From: Octopus sinensis
Lineage: Eukaryota
DNA length: 64,000 nucleotides
Reading direction: 5' to 3'
Assembly: GCF_006345805.1 (NCBI RefSeq)
Contig: NC_043004.1
Location: 76,818,001 to 76,882,000, forward strand
In this document: piece after piece, positions 26,071 through 38,509 of the stretch
How positions within the stretch are numbered: position 1 is the first letter of the stretch
Layout of the letters: each line of letters starts with the position of its first letter
Notes under the pieces: generated by a model
The model's database searches: none
Seen by the model: the letters and a program-made list of their open reading frames with translations, nothing else
Told to the model about the DNA's origin: nothing
Made by a program: the position numbers and the translations under genes

Positions 26071-27009
26071 GTGGTGGTGGTATCAGCAGCAGCAGCCAGT
26101 TTTACTAAGGGAGTAGCATGGTCAACTGAATCAATTCCAGTTTATTACACATTTTATTGAACTGAGAGAGACAAAAACAGAAAGCAACCTTCATAGAATT
26201 TGGACACAGGCTGAGAGGTCTGGATCAAAATATGGTTAAGCTTCTAGTTTGGTGTCTTTACATCATTGAATCAATGAGTCTGTCACAATAATATGAATGT
26301 TGCAGAAGTAAGTTTAATTCATTAAGCCATAGATAACTTGTTCAGTAACATACTACGTCATTTTTCAATATTCTCTTTCAGTTATCTAACAGACCAACCA
26401 AAACATTCATATGCAAAGTATGCCACGTAGGAATTGATTCAGAAACTATACAGGCAATACATGAATACTCTTCTAAGTGAAGTAGCTCAAAGGGCATTAA
26501 TAGCTTATAGATACTTTCTATATATATCACTAAATTATTAACAAGCAGCAATGAAATTAAATTTATGATCGACTTTTAATAACAATTAATAATAAAATTG
26601 TCTAGGAATCTATCCAGCAATAATGAAATTATCAAGTATTTTGAATACTGTTTTAAAGGTTTGGATTAATATTTTAATGATTAAGCACATAAAATACTTC
26701 ATTTTAACTTTTCATTTTTAACTTTTCTTTTACATTAAGTTTCCCAAGACTGAGGTGGTTTTGCATTGAAACAATTGCTTCTACAACTTACTTTATATTC
26801 TTCACACTATTGGCCACCCAATTCATGAATAAGGAATACAAACTGGTTTTTGTCAGTCAGGCAAACCTTATCCGGAAGCATACTACAACAGCAAGTTAAA
26901 CATCTGAATTCATTACATGTAACCAATAGTTCAACAACTTAACTTTACAGTCACTATGTTTCTTTAGTTATTGTGCCTCTCTATTTCTGAGAATGAAATT
27001 TTCAAAATC

Positions 27010-27310
27010 CAAACATGGCCGATGCCAGTGCCACCTGACTGGCTCCCGTGCTGGTGGCACATAAAAAGCACTATCCGAACATGTTCGATGCCAGGCTCAC
27101 CTGACTGGTCCCTGTGCCAGTGACACGTAAAAAGCACCCACTACACTCTTGGAGTGGCTGGCATTAGGAAGGGCATCTAGCTGTAGAAACACTGCCAGAT
27201 CAGAATGGAGCCTGGTGCAGCCACTAGCTTTCCAGACTTCAGTCAAACCATCCAACCCATGCCAGCATGGAAAACAGACATTAAATGATGATGATGCTGA
27301 TGATGATGTT
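27010..27310 (+). mobile_element. RTE-type 3' UTR fragment (2 tandem units)
   Basis: Homologous to 13010-13436. Confidence 0.8.
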
Positions 27311-27319
27311 ATTAATAGT

Positions 27320-27970
27320 CACAGACACAGTTCTGTGGTTAAGAAGCTTCTTTTCCAACCACAATGTTTTGAGTTCAGTCTCACTACACAATAACTTGAG
27401 CAAGTATCTTAGTCCAGGGCCAACCAAAGCCTTGTAAGTGAGTCTGATAGACAAAAATTGAAAGAAACCTGTTGTGTGCGTGTGTAATCATCATCATTGC
27501 TTAATGTCCATTTTCCATGCTGGCATGGGTTGGACGGTTTGACTGGAACTGGTAAGCTGGAGAGCTGCACCAAGTTCCAGTTTGATTTTGTAAGGTTTCT
27601 ACAGTTGGACGCTCTTCCTAACGCCAACCACTCTGAAGATGCAGCGGGTGCTTTTTACACTGGCATTGGCCACAACTATGATCTCACTTGGCTGGACAAG
27701 TCTACACAAGCATGTGTACATATATAAATGTGTGTGTGTGTGTTTAGAGGTGAGTGAGTGTGTCCACGTTTAGGTTCTATTTGTCATGATATAGTGTGAT
27801 AATTATAAATGAGTGTCACTGTTATACAAGCAGTCATTAATTTCCAATATTCTGTGAAAACATAACTTGCAATGAGGAAATATTACAACCATGGTTGGAA
27901 ACAGGTAGGGCTTGGCTATACAAAGGTACCAAACTGTAGAAAAGTGGATATTAAAACTATGATGGTGATA
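27320..27970 (+). mobile_element. SINE family A2 interrupted by an RTE tail (27488-27715, -)
   Basis: Head 27320-27480, body 27770-27970. Confidence 0.65.
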
Positions 27971-29189
27971 ATTAGCTAAAAATGCCAGAAGTTAACAAAA
28001 CAAAGTTGTCAAATTGATATTATATGGAGACTACAAGAAACTAATTAAAAATGAAACTATCACAAAACTTAATTTGTCTTACTTAAGTACTTTTCTCCAA
28101 AATAGCAATCAAGCTCTTCAAATCGTTACGCCCAAGACTATTTTTATGGATATTCTTTCAAAAATATTTAAAAATATATACTATGTTCTAACATTATTTT
28201 CTTACTTAAAACATACAAAGACAACGCTCATATAAATTGCAAGACAATGTTCATGTAAATTGCACCAGAGATTTCAACCACATGCTGTGATATCATTGAT
28301 AGCTTTTACAGGCAGTAGAATATGTTAATCAATAATAGAGACTTTTATCAAATGAATTTTATAATGGCCTGTATATTTAACTCGTGATTGGAATATCTAA
28401 TAAGAATCAGCAGACTCAATTTTCAAAAGGCAGGAAACATTAATAGCAAAGAGGTAATTATACCTGAAAAGATAAAATATTTAGAGCTCATAAAACAATT
28501 TCAATATTTTGTCATGATTTGAAACATTGAAAAAAATTTTTTGCCTCAAGTCATACAGCATTGAATAAAAAGTTGGCAACAAATTAAAAATTTATTGATT
28601 TATAATAATTTGAATTACTGAAAAATTAGAGAAGAACAAAGATTTAGAATAGGTCTAAACAGTAAGAATTTAATGGAAAGACTGATTTGTTTAACTAAAC
28701 GAGTCTAAGCCTCAAGAAAGTAATTCAGATCAAATGACTATTGGATGGGAATCGTCCTCCGGTAATAATTAGCATATTTTTCTAAATTTCTACTTATTTA
28801 AAAGATCAATTTAAAATTTAGATATTTTTGCTTTCATTAATAAAACTTTTATATTTGGTTGATAGTGTAGTGTCCAGCATGAAAGCCACACCATCCTTCA
28901 GCTAGTTTGGGCTCAACAGTATCTTTACAATTCTTTTCCAGATACGTGGTGTAGACTTTACTGGAGAAATTCAACAAAAAGATTCCCCTATAATTTAGAG
29001 CACTCTCTCATCTCCCTTTTTAAAAATTGGGATGACCACTTCAGAATGCCATTGCTTTGGTATCTTTACAGAGGTTCAAGCTATGTGACATCCACAAGTC
29101 AGCAAGAGAAGACTATCTCTATTTAAGGGTTTCAACATCTCAAACTGAATTTCTTCCTCTCCAGGAGTCTTGTCATATTTCAGCATGTG

Positions 29190-29470
29190 TTGCTGTTCCC
29201 ATGCCTTGCAGTCTCATGATAGTTATAAACTAGTGTCATCATCATGCAAGAAGTGTCCTTTGTTTCCAGTCTTCCACAAAAACATGTCTGATGATGGAGA
29301 AATAACACCTTACTTAGAAAAAAGTGACAGTTAGTAGGAAGGGCACACTACCACAGAAAAATCTGCCTGGACAAATTCCGTCCAGTCCATGCGGGTATGG
29401 AAAAGTAGATGTCAAAGGACAATGCCAACGATGCCAATGCCACCACTGCTGCTGCTGTTGTTGTTGTTGA
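29190..29470 (+). mobile_element. SINE family A2 body and tail
   Basis: Similar to 25815-26030. Confidence 0.6.
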
Positions 29471-29551
29471 GCAACAAGATGGGTAAAGGTGATTAGGTGA
29501 TGGTCTAGGGCTTAGGGGCAGGAGACCCCAGACCTTGGAAAAAAAAACTTT

Positions 29552-29661
29552 GGTCATCTTGTTGTAGTCGAGGGCTCTTCGTTGACGCCCAACACCACTG
29601 GGAGGTGGCCCTCGAAGTTGCTGGAAATGGAGATCTCCAGGTCCAAATTCTTGAACGGCTG
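29552..29661 (-). pseudogene. Short frameshifted coding-like fragment of unknown origin
   Basis: 32 of 36 codons end in G/C in frame QPFKNLDLEISISSNFEGHLPVVLGVNEE / LDYNKMT. Confidence 0.4.
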
Positions 29662-31027
29662 CTACTGCTGCTGACAATGATTCCACGAGTTATGAAAATC
29701 TTTCTTTTAGGATATGAATAACTTTCATAATGAAGAATACATTTCCTTTAAGACCAGTCTATATCCATATATAGTCATAATTATGTTTGCTTATTTCTTG
29801 TTATACGTTTGTGTCAGTTCCTATGAAGGGATATAATTAGATACTGTAACAGAAGTAAAGAGTTTTAGAAAACGGTAGGTTTGATTCTCTGCTCACATCC
29901 TAAATAGAATCCTCAACATCTGTTTGATCTTTCAAGTGAGACAAACACTTCTGATGATTCTAGAAATGAAACGAGACAATTGATTGGGTGCAGTTCTCTG
30001 GATGCTAATGATTTGGCACAGCTGACTGGACATTCAACCTATTTCGACAACAGTGTGTTTAAGTGCTGGAGGCAAAGCACACACACACACACAGAGTGCA
30101 GAAATATAAATATATACTTAGAAAGAGTGAGAGAGAGAGAAGGAGAGAGAGCGACATTACACTGTATTGATTGAATACAGTTGACATAAACACTTTAACT
30201 TTCCTAAGAAAGAGAGAGAGAGAGATGGAAGGAAAGAACAAGAGAAACATTTAAACATCTAGTGCCAAATAAGTCTGCATCAAAATAGGCAGCACCAAAA
30301 AAGCTGAGACAAAATGTCTCATACTTTCCTGAAAGCATCATTGTCATTTATTATAAGTGAACTTTGAGCTGAGGTGATGAAAATATTAAAGCTGACAATA
30401 TTTCCCAGTCAGCACTCATCATTAGCTATGTTAATTATGGTCTGCAATTTTTAAAGAACTCCAACATACATAAACCTTATATTTTTGTTAGTACATTAAA
30501 GAACAAAGACACAGATCTTGGATGTTAAGAGATGACCATTTTGTACAATCAATTAAATGTTATACACACTTGATATAATTCACTGGAGTATCACTCATCT
30601 TGTAATTACAAGCCTGCAATCAAGTAATCATCTGGAAACTGACCAATGGGAAGCTGAGCACCCATCCAAAACCATGGCCAAGACCCTGGTGGAGGATGTT
30701 GGTGCAGTAGTTAACACATAGATTTGGCAGACTCATGATGAATGAAGAGATATGGTACATCCATAGTCATACCTAACACAAGTTTATGACATAATTTAAA
30801 TAAGAATTTTTAGTTCTTTTCAGTTTTGTAAGTTGGAATATACATTAGAAGTTTGGAGTAATGAGAATATATTTAGTTTTAGATTAGAATTTTGAATCAC
30901 GAGCTTGTTATTCGTAAATGTTCAAGAAATCTATTGTAACAGCTGCTAGCAGCTTCAGATCATTTTGAGGATGTGTCATGAATATGACCATTTGCAGTTC
31001 CATGCCAGCATGGAAAACAGACATTAA

Positions 31028-31262
31028 AGGAGGAGGAAGAGGAAGAAGAAGGGGGAGGAGGAAGAAGTAGAGGAGGAGGAGGAAGTGGAAGTGGAGGAGG
31101 AAGGAGGAGGAGAGGAGGAAGAAGAAGAAGAAGAAGAGGAAGTGGAAGGGGAGGAGGAGGAAGTGGTGGTGGGGGAGGAGGGGGAGGAAGAGGGGGAGGA
31201 AGAGGGGGAGGAAGAGGGGGAGGAAGAGGGGGAGGAAGAGGGGGAGGAAGAGGAGGAGGAGG
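31028..31262. repeat. Purine-rich (GAG/GAA)n tract with 12-bp GAGGAAGAGGGG tandem units
   Basis: Directly visible; follows an RTE terminal motif at 31000-31027. Confidence 0.9.
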
Positions 31263-31332
31263 CCCTAAATATCTGAATCATTTTTGTGACCTGAAAAATA
31301 ACCGAGATTTTATCAAAATACTTAACATTTAA

Positions 31333-31541
31333 CCCTTTAGTATTTAAACCGGCCATATCCGGCCAAAATATTTAATCTGTTTTATGCTCAAACTGACCAG
31401 ATCCAGGCTCTCACACCTACCCTACAATGTTATTCTACATTAAGTAATTACACCATCAAGATCTTGAAGATATGAGATAATGCATGATTAATTCAAATCA
31501 ATAAGCATTATGTTTGATAGAATAATCTGAACACTAAAGGG
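31333..31541 (+). mobile_element. TTAA-specific (piggyBac-type) MITE
   Basis: TTAA|CCCTTTAGT...ACTAAAGGG|TTAA; copies at 35180-35399 and 55349-55553. Confidence 0.85.
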
Positions 31542-32929
31542 TTAAATTTATGCTGTCACTTTCTTTGTCCAGTTTGTAGATATTATTCTGATCTTGTAAA
31601 GAAAGGAAGTATCTTTAGTGCCTTACTTTCCCAACAGAATATTGTGCCATTTGCATAGCTGGTGAATATGGGAATACACGACTGAATGTGGAAACAACAT
31701 ATAACAAAATCTAAGAATCCAAGGTTAGCATAGATTAAACACTGTGAATTCAGTCAGAGGGAGTCATTAGCTGGCAATGTTTGTCACCTATTTCTCAAGC
31801 TCTCCGCATATCTATTTGCTGACAACACTAACAAATTTAAAATCGAGAGAAACTAAACTTGAGCCAGTCAAGAAAATTTGTTGTTAAAATTAATTGCTAA
31901 ATATTTAATCATTTTTGAGCAAAATGAACTTCACAAGACTGACTAAATAAAAACAAAAATTCACACAGGCATAAATAATTAAATAAGTTCCAATGATAAA
32001 TTTATATTGCAATCAATGTTATTTCATTTAGAACTTAAGTACATAGCTACTTTGAGTGATTTCGCTTTCCAGTTTTATCGTACTATGCTTGTTCCATTTC
32101 ATGTTTTTGTTGAAAAAAATTTCTTGTAAATTTGAATGTGCTCTTTTGATTCTAACTTTTTTAAAGAAGTACCAACTAAATCCACAAGACATATATCAAA
32201 ATTGAATTGAATTTTAGAAATAGAAAATATCAAAATAAAAGAAAACTTCCAGAAGATTCTATTGAAGTAGAAAAAGAAAGAGACAAGTTAACTTGGCACT
32301 TTCAGTCTTTGTAAAATTATAGTATCAAAGAAAGCAGAAATAAGATGAATATATAAAAGTTTATTTTCAATGCTTCTAAACATAGAAATATATTCTTGAA
32401 GACCACAAAGCTCTTGAACCAAATTACAGATGTTTCAGATAAATTATCTATCCATTTTTCTAAGTATATAGAAGCTGCAATAGTTAGGCAATATCAGTAT
32501 TATATGCTTAAATAATGAAGCAAGAAAACCATCTGGTCTTGAAGTTTTACCTCAGAGCCATTTAACAAAATTATTTTAATCTCTTTTGCATATGTACATA
32601 TTTGATGAGCTCATTTATCTCAGGCCTTCATTGTAAATCCATAATACATTTAAAGTTATTCATGTTAAAATATAATTTTATACAGCTACTTAAATGCTGT
32701 GCAACCCTGAAGTAATGCAATGGAATATCACTCGTCTTATTATTATATGCCTGCAGACAAGTCATCATCTAGGAACTGACTCTTGGGATGATGAACTATG
32801 AACATCCTTCCAAAACTATGGTCAAGACATGGAAGATACTGGAGTAGTAATTGCTCATGAACTCTTAGTACACTCATGGTGAAACTAAATATAGTGTATG
32901 TCTGTCAGATTATTAAACATGGGTTTAAT

Positions 32930-33155
32930 AATAATAATAATCCTTTCTACTATAGGCACAAGGCCTGAAATTTTGGCAGAAGAGGCTAGTTGATTACATC
33001 AACCCTAGTATGTCACTGGTACTTGATTTATGAACCTCGAAAGGACGAAAGGTAAAGTTGACCTAGGCGGAATTTGAACTCAGATTGTAGCAATGGGTGA
33101 AATACCACTAAATATTTCGGCCAAAGTGCTAAAAATTCTGCCAGCTTACCACTTT
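32930..33155 (-). mobile_element. SINE family C (variant tail)
   Basis: Head and core match 59648-59800. Confidence 0.75.
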
Positions 33156-33159
33156 GAAG

Positions 33160-33290
33160 GAGGGGGAGGAGGAGGAGAAGAAGAAGAAGAAGAAGAAGAA
33201 GAAGAAGAAGAAGAAGAGAAGAAGAAGAAGAAGAAGGGGAAGGGGAACAACAACAACAACAACAACCACAGCAACAGCAGCAGCAGTGGT
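33160..33290. repeat. Compound (GGA)(GAA)(CAA)(CAG) microsatellite
   Basis: Directly visible. Confidence 0.9.
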
Positions 33291-33827
33291 GACAACTTAT
33301 ACATTGCATAAAGACTTTGAAGTGAGCTGTGTGGTCTTTGAGAGTATATATATATTGATGCTCCAGCATGATCACAGCCCATGGCTGAAATGTATAAAAG
33401 AATAAAAGAATATATATCGTTCAAAACATTGAAAATAAATTTCAATATGTTTTGTGTCTGCTGCCTTTGAAGCAATAATTTCACAACAGTTGAAATTCCA
33501 AGGTGCCAAACTAAATTGACATGTTTTTTTCTTTTTTTTTCCAATCTCATTTTAATATATGAGCAATTTCTTTTTTTCAGAATTTGATATTTTCAGTTGC
33601 TAAAATTTGATTTAATTTTGATATGTGGTTTTAGTTGGTATTTTTTGCCAAATTGAAACAAAAGACTAAATTCAAATTTGCAAGAAAATTTTCTGTTTAT
33701 TCCACAAGAACATGAAATGGTATAATAGAAATATAATAAAGACTAAATCACTGAAACTAACATTTTGAAAGACAAAAATATTTAGGATTTCATTATTGAA
33801 AGTATTTATAAAATAATGGAGGGGTCA

Positions 33828-33990
33828 GGTGGAGGAGGAGATTGGAAGGGTTGGCTTGAGAAGAGAGGATGCCCAAAACCGAACAAGATGGCAAGATGAT
33901 GTGAGGGAGGTTGCTATGGCATTGAGGTAGATCCAGCCACCCCTGATAACAAGGACAAAGCCTAGATTCAAAATGATGGGTGATGATGAT
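33828..33990 (+). mobile_element. RTE-like LINE extreme 3' end (third family)
   Basis: Translates to EEEIGRVGLRREDAQNRTRWQDDVREVAMALR*, followed by a GAT tail. Confidence 0.55.
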
Positions 33991-34449
33991 GAATTCGTGT
34001 AGGTGACAAGCTAGCAGAATCGTTAGCAGGTTCAACAAAATACTTAGTTCAAATCTCACTCAGTTCAATTTTGCCTTTCATCTTTTTGGGATTGAGAAAA
34101 TGAAGTACCAAGCAAGAACTGGGGATGATGTAATCAACTTGTCACCTCCCCTCAAAATGGCTGGCCTAGAACCCTGCAGTGGACTAGTATCTTGTCCAGA
34201 AAGAGTGTTGTAATCTTGGCCGCTTATACACCATAGAAACCAGGTAACAGGCCTTGTGATTCCTAGGGCTTGAGAAAGGTTTTTTAGAAATTTGTGCAGT
34301 TAGGGTTATTTACAACAATCTTAATGAGTCACTCCACTGAACAATACAGTACTTTTTGTTTCTTTATCCTTATTCTTTTTTCTTATTTTTATTCTAGATT
34401 TTGAAACCAAACAATATAGTAAACATAATTAATGATAAATTAGGATACG

Positions 34450-34948
34450 CCCTGACTGACTGACGCCAAAAACCCCTGACTGGCTTCTGTGCTGGTGGTA
34501 CGTAAAAAGCACAATATGAACATGATTGATGCCGGAACTGATTGAGCGGCTCCCATGCTGGTAGCACATAAAAAGCACCATGTGAACGTGGCCGATGCCA
34601 GTATCCCCCGACTGGTTCCTGTGCCAGTGGTACCTAAAAAGCACTATCCGAATGTGATCAATGCCAGGTCTGCCTGACTGGCTCCTGTGCTGGTGGCATG
34701 TAAAAAGCATTATCTGAATGTGATCAATGCCAGGCCTGCATGACTGGCTCCTGTGCCAGTGGGACAGAAAAAGCACCCACTACACCCTCAGAGTGGTTGG
34801 CATTAGGAAGGGCATCCAGCTGTAGAAACATTGCCAGATCAGATTGGAGCCTGGTGCTGCTGCTGCTGGTTCTCCAGACCTCAGTCAAACTGAACAACCC
34901 ATGACAACATGGAAAACAGATATTAAACGATGATGATGATGATGATGA
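34450..34948 (+). mobile_element. RTE-type 3' UTR element with 5-6 tandem units
   Basis: Repeated GGTGGCAC.TAAAAAGCAC-like core, standard terminal motif and (GAT)n. Confidence 0.85.
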
Positions 34949-35179
34949 CTAGAATAGGGAGGCAAATTATGGCCTGGACTGGAAATAAAAATAAATATAT
35001 GCTGGCACGCAATAAAATCTAATATTTCATGAAGAGGCCATTTGAATGAAATTTAAAGTTAGGTTCATATTTAATTGTGTAAAGTGTACTTGTGCTATGA
35101 TATGATAGAAACTCTTATGGAAAATGTTTTGGATTTGTATTTGGCTTGCAAGACATTTTATGTGATCTTGCCTGCTTAA

Positions 35180-35399
35180 TCCTTTGGCATCCCAATTTTG
35201 CTACCAAAAGTAATGCTTATTTATTCACATTGTTTTGAATTAATCATGTGTTATCATGTAGCTTTGAGATTTTGATGAGGTAACTGCTAATTTTTAGAAC
35301 GATATTGTAGGGTTGGTGTGAGAAACCAGATCAGGCCAGTTCGAACATAAAACAGGTGGAATATTTCAACTGAATATGACTGGTTTAAATGGTAAAGAG
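35180..35399 (-). mobile_element. TTAA-specific MITE, diverged copy
   Basis: Reverse complement of 31333-31541, flanked by TTAA. Confidence 0.75.
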
Positions 35400-36454
35400 T
35401 TAAACATATTATATTATACCTTGGAAAGATCATTATGCCAATAACAAACACATGCACTTGTTCAATTTAATTTCTTTTATTATTATTAGTCAACTGGTTA
35501 ATCAGTTGACCAATTAACTCATTGATTGTTTGATTAATTGTTTGGTGAATCAGTCAATCAGCTTGGTTTTTTTCAAAGTCCTTTCATCACCATTCACATT
35601 AATGAAATGCCAGCTGAAGGAGCTAGTTGACTAAACACACCAAAAAATCAGATTAAATTAATTTTAGTTCATGAACTAATGTTTGCATCTATTCATTAAA
35701 TGTAATTAAAAATTTCAGAGGTACCCCTTTACTTTAAGCAGATTTGATTAACATTAATCTGTGAGCCAATGGTACCCTTTTCCTTATTGCAAGATTAATT
35801 TTAATTAATTAAATTTTTGGTTCAATACTCTAAGTATTTTAGAGCTCTCACTACTACAATAACACATTTATTTTTGGGCCTTGAAAAAAAATGAAAAATG
35901 AAAAATGAAGATGAGAAAAACTAATAAGTTTAAAATAATGCCCAGCAACTAGTCATTTTAGATTGATGCAAAAGTTGACTTTTGATATCATATTGAAAGT
36001 AAAGACCTAAATGACAATTTTAACCCAAATGGACAAGGGTCAGTTCACTATATAAAACAATATTATTTACAAGAATTCTAAAAGTCACATTATCAAATCA
36101 TCAAAGATTCCTAGCAACAGCCAAAATTTAAAGAGGGCAAAATTAAATGCATTAATTAGTTTTATATGATAGAAACTGTGAGGAAGCCAATGTATATATA
36201 TATATATATACATATATACATGAAGGCATGTGGGGGAGGGGAGAATCTTTTCCTCCACTGCTTAACAATTGGTATTAGTTCGTTTACATTCCTGTAACTT
36301 AGTGGGTCAGCAAAAGAGATCAATAGAATAAGTACCAGACTTTGAAAAATATATAAGTAATGGTGTTGATTTGTTTATTTGACTAAATCCTTCTAAGCAC
36401 TACTCCATCATGGCCACAGTCCAATGGTTAAAACAATTAAAAGATATCATTAAA

Positions 36455-36850
36455 TCTCTCTATATATATATAAAGCTGAAATCGTCTGTGTATGGCAGGT
36501 TTGGCAGCCTTCAACTAACACTATCTCCTCCGAGACCCTGTGGCTCAAGTTGACCAAAATTGAGAGTATGATAGAAGAAGGCTTGCTCTTCATTCCGTAG
36601 AAGAAAAAATTCAAATCGGACCATGTTAACACCAAAAATTATTTACATCAAAAAGGTGCTTTTTTTCTATGAAAATCCCTATTTTTCACGATTTTTTTAC
36701 TGCTGTGTTGCCATTTTTCGGTGCATTTCAACCAGAAAAATGTCCACTTAAAGAGAATAACAAGCTACATAATGCAAAATTTTTACTTTTCAAAAATTGC
36801 AATTCTAAAGGGTCGAAACAAACCCGAGCAACGCCAGGCAATATTGCTAG
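36455..36850 (+). mobile_element. Non-autonomous Helitron
   Basis: 5' TC, 3' CTAG, subterminal GC-rich hairpin remnant (CCCGAGCAACGCCAGG), inserted between A and T with no TSD. Confidence 0.8.
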
Positions 36851-37404
36851 TAACTTGTAAAATATAAAATGACATTCTTGTCTGTTGCTTGTGCATTCAT
36901 AGTGATTAGCTTGCTTCATAAAACTTTGAATATGTTCCTGTGGAGCTAGTATTCATGCATGTGTATGCCTAGAATTGTTGGGTAATTTTGTCTGTTGTGA
37001 TGTGAAAAGGTATGATTAGACTGTCACCAGTAAAGAGTGTTGTTTCTCATACAGTGTGTGTGAAGTGTAAGGATGTGTGTGCATTGCAAGGACAGACAGT
37101 ATGAGTGATAGAACAAATTATTGTGGTACCCTTGGAGGTCCCCAATAATTATATATAGTCACTCCATTCTGGAAGGTAGTGAACCTCCTTCGTGTTTATT
37201 TATTTTAACAAATTGTTTTGGTTAGGGGAAAAAGTTACTGCTGTGTGGTTAAGAAGCTCACTTTGCAACCAAGTGATTTCATGTTCAGTCCCACTGCATG
37301 GCTCAAGTGTCTCTAACTATAGCCCAAGGTTGAGTAAATTTGTGAGTAAATTTAGTAGACAAAAACTGCATGGAAGCCCATCATGTATATATATATATAT
37401 ATAT

Positions 37405-37600
37405 ATCATCATCATCATCATCATCATCGTTTAGCGTCCGTTTTCCATGCTAGCATGGGTTGGACGGTTCAACTGGGGTCTGTGAAGCCGGAAGGCTTCA
37501 TCAGGCCCAGTCAGATCTGGCAGTGTTTCTACGGCTGGATGCCCTTCCTAACGCCAACCACTCCGTGAGTGTAGTGGGTGCTTTTTACGTGCCACCCGCA
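37405..37600 (-). mobile_element. Young RTE 3' tail inserted after a family A head (37238-37385)
   Basis: Near identical to 3468-3660. Confidence 0.85.
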
Positions 37601-37612
37601 CATATATATATG

Positions 37613-37646
<34 letters not shown>

Positions 37647-37678
37647 TGTATGTGTGTGTGTATGTGTGTGCATGTGTG

Positions 37679-37710
<32 letters not shown>

Positions 37711-37957
37711 GAAAACGGATGTTAAACGATGATGATGATGGTGATGATGATATATACATATAAGTTCAAATAAAGGTTACAAACCTCATTAAGGGATAGT
37801 AAAATTCAGTAGAAGTACTGGTTAGTTACCTATACAAAGAATGTTGAACACTACAATTAATATTCAACTGTAAGGTAACTATATAAACCATGGTTTATAT
37901 ACATTTATTTATTTAGATAAGATAAGAAAATAGAGAGACAATGAAAACTGGTACTAT

Positions 37958-38178
37958 GGAATTTCAGATGTAGAAGAAGTGAAGAAAAACACGACAGAGG
38001 CGTTAAAAGGCTTCACTTCACAAGAGTTCCAGGACTGCTTCAAACAGTGGAAAATGCATCTGCACCAATGCATTGCTTCAAATGGAGAATACCTTGAAGG
38101 CAATAAAAGTGTAAACACATAAAACTAAGAGGATAGAATAATATTGCAAAATTTTGGTTTCTTTTGGGTAGCCCCTTG

Positions 38179-38180
<2 letters not shown>
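37958..38180 (+). mobile_element. Mariner transposon 3' remnant
   Basis: EALKGFTSQEFQDCFKQWKMHLHQCIASNGEYLEGNK resembles the mariner transposase C-terminus; TIR-like end followed by TA. Confidence 0.75.
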
Positions 38181-38245
<65 letters not shown>

Positions 38246-38472
38246 CGTCAGTAAATGATAGATCCAAAACAGAAGCACACTCTAAGTTATAGAGCAGTAT
38301 AGCATATAGATATAGATAAAGATAGATTAAGCTAGTCTCTGGGATTACCCTAGGCTGGTTACTGAACAGGTTTAGGGTTTGATATGCTGTAAACTTAAGT
38401 GCTTTATGGACGTGAAACCCAGGGTAATTCCATAGACCAGCCTTATCAATCTTTATATATATATATATATAT

Positions 38473-38503
<31 letters not shown>

Positions 38504-38509
38504 TACATA

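Larger units (their letters stand above)
32020..33790. repeat. Old inverted repeat, ~370-bp arms (32020-32385 / 33415-33790)
   Basis: Collinear reverse-complement blocks: CCATTTCATGTT, AAATTTGAAT, TACCAACTAAA.CCACA, TTGGCAC, TTTATTTTCAATG. Confidence 0.75.

Noticed and set aside
29570-29610. GAPDH-like VLGVNEE motif
   Set aside because: Only a few residues match and the flanks do not fit GAPDH, so no gene name was assigned
29945-30000. Minimal hammerhead (CTGATGA...GAAAC)
   Set aside because: No convincing stem III/NUH site or stem I could be formed by eye
31024-33550. Poly-E/S/K/L ORFs
   Set aside because: Translations of trinucleotide repeats
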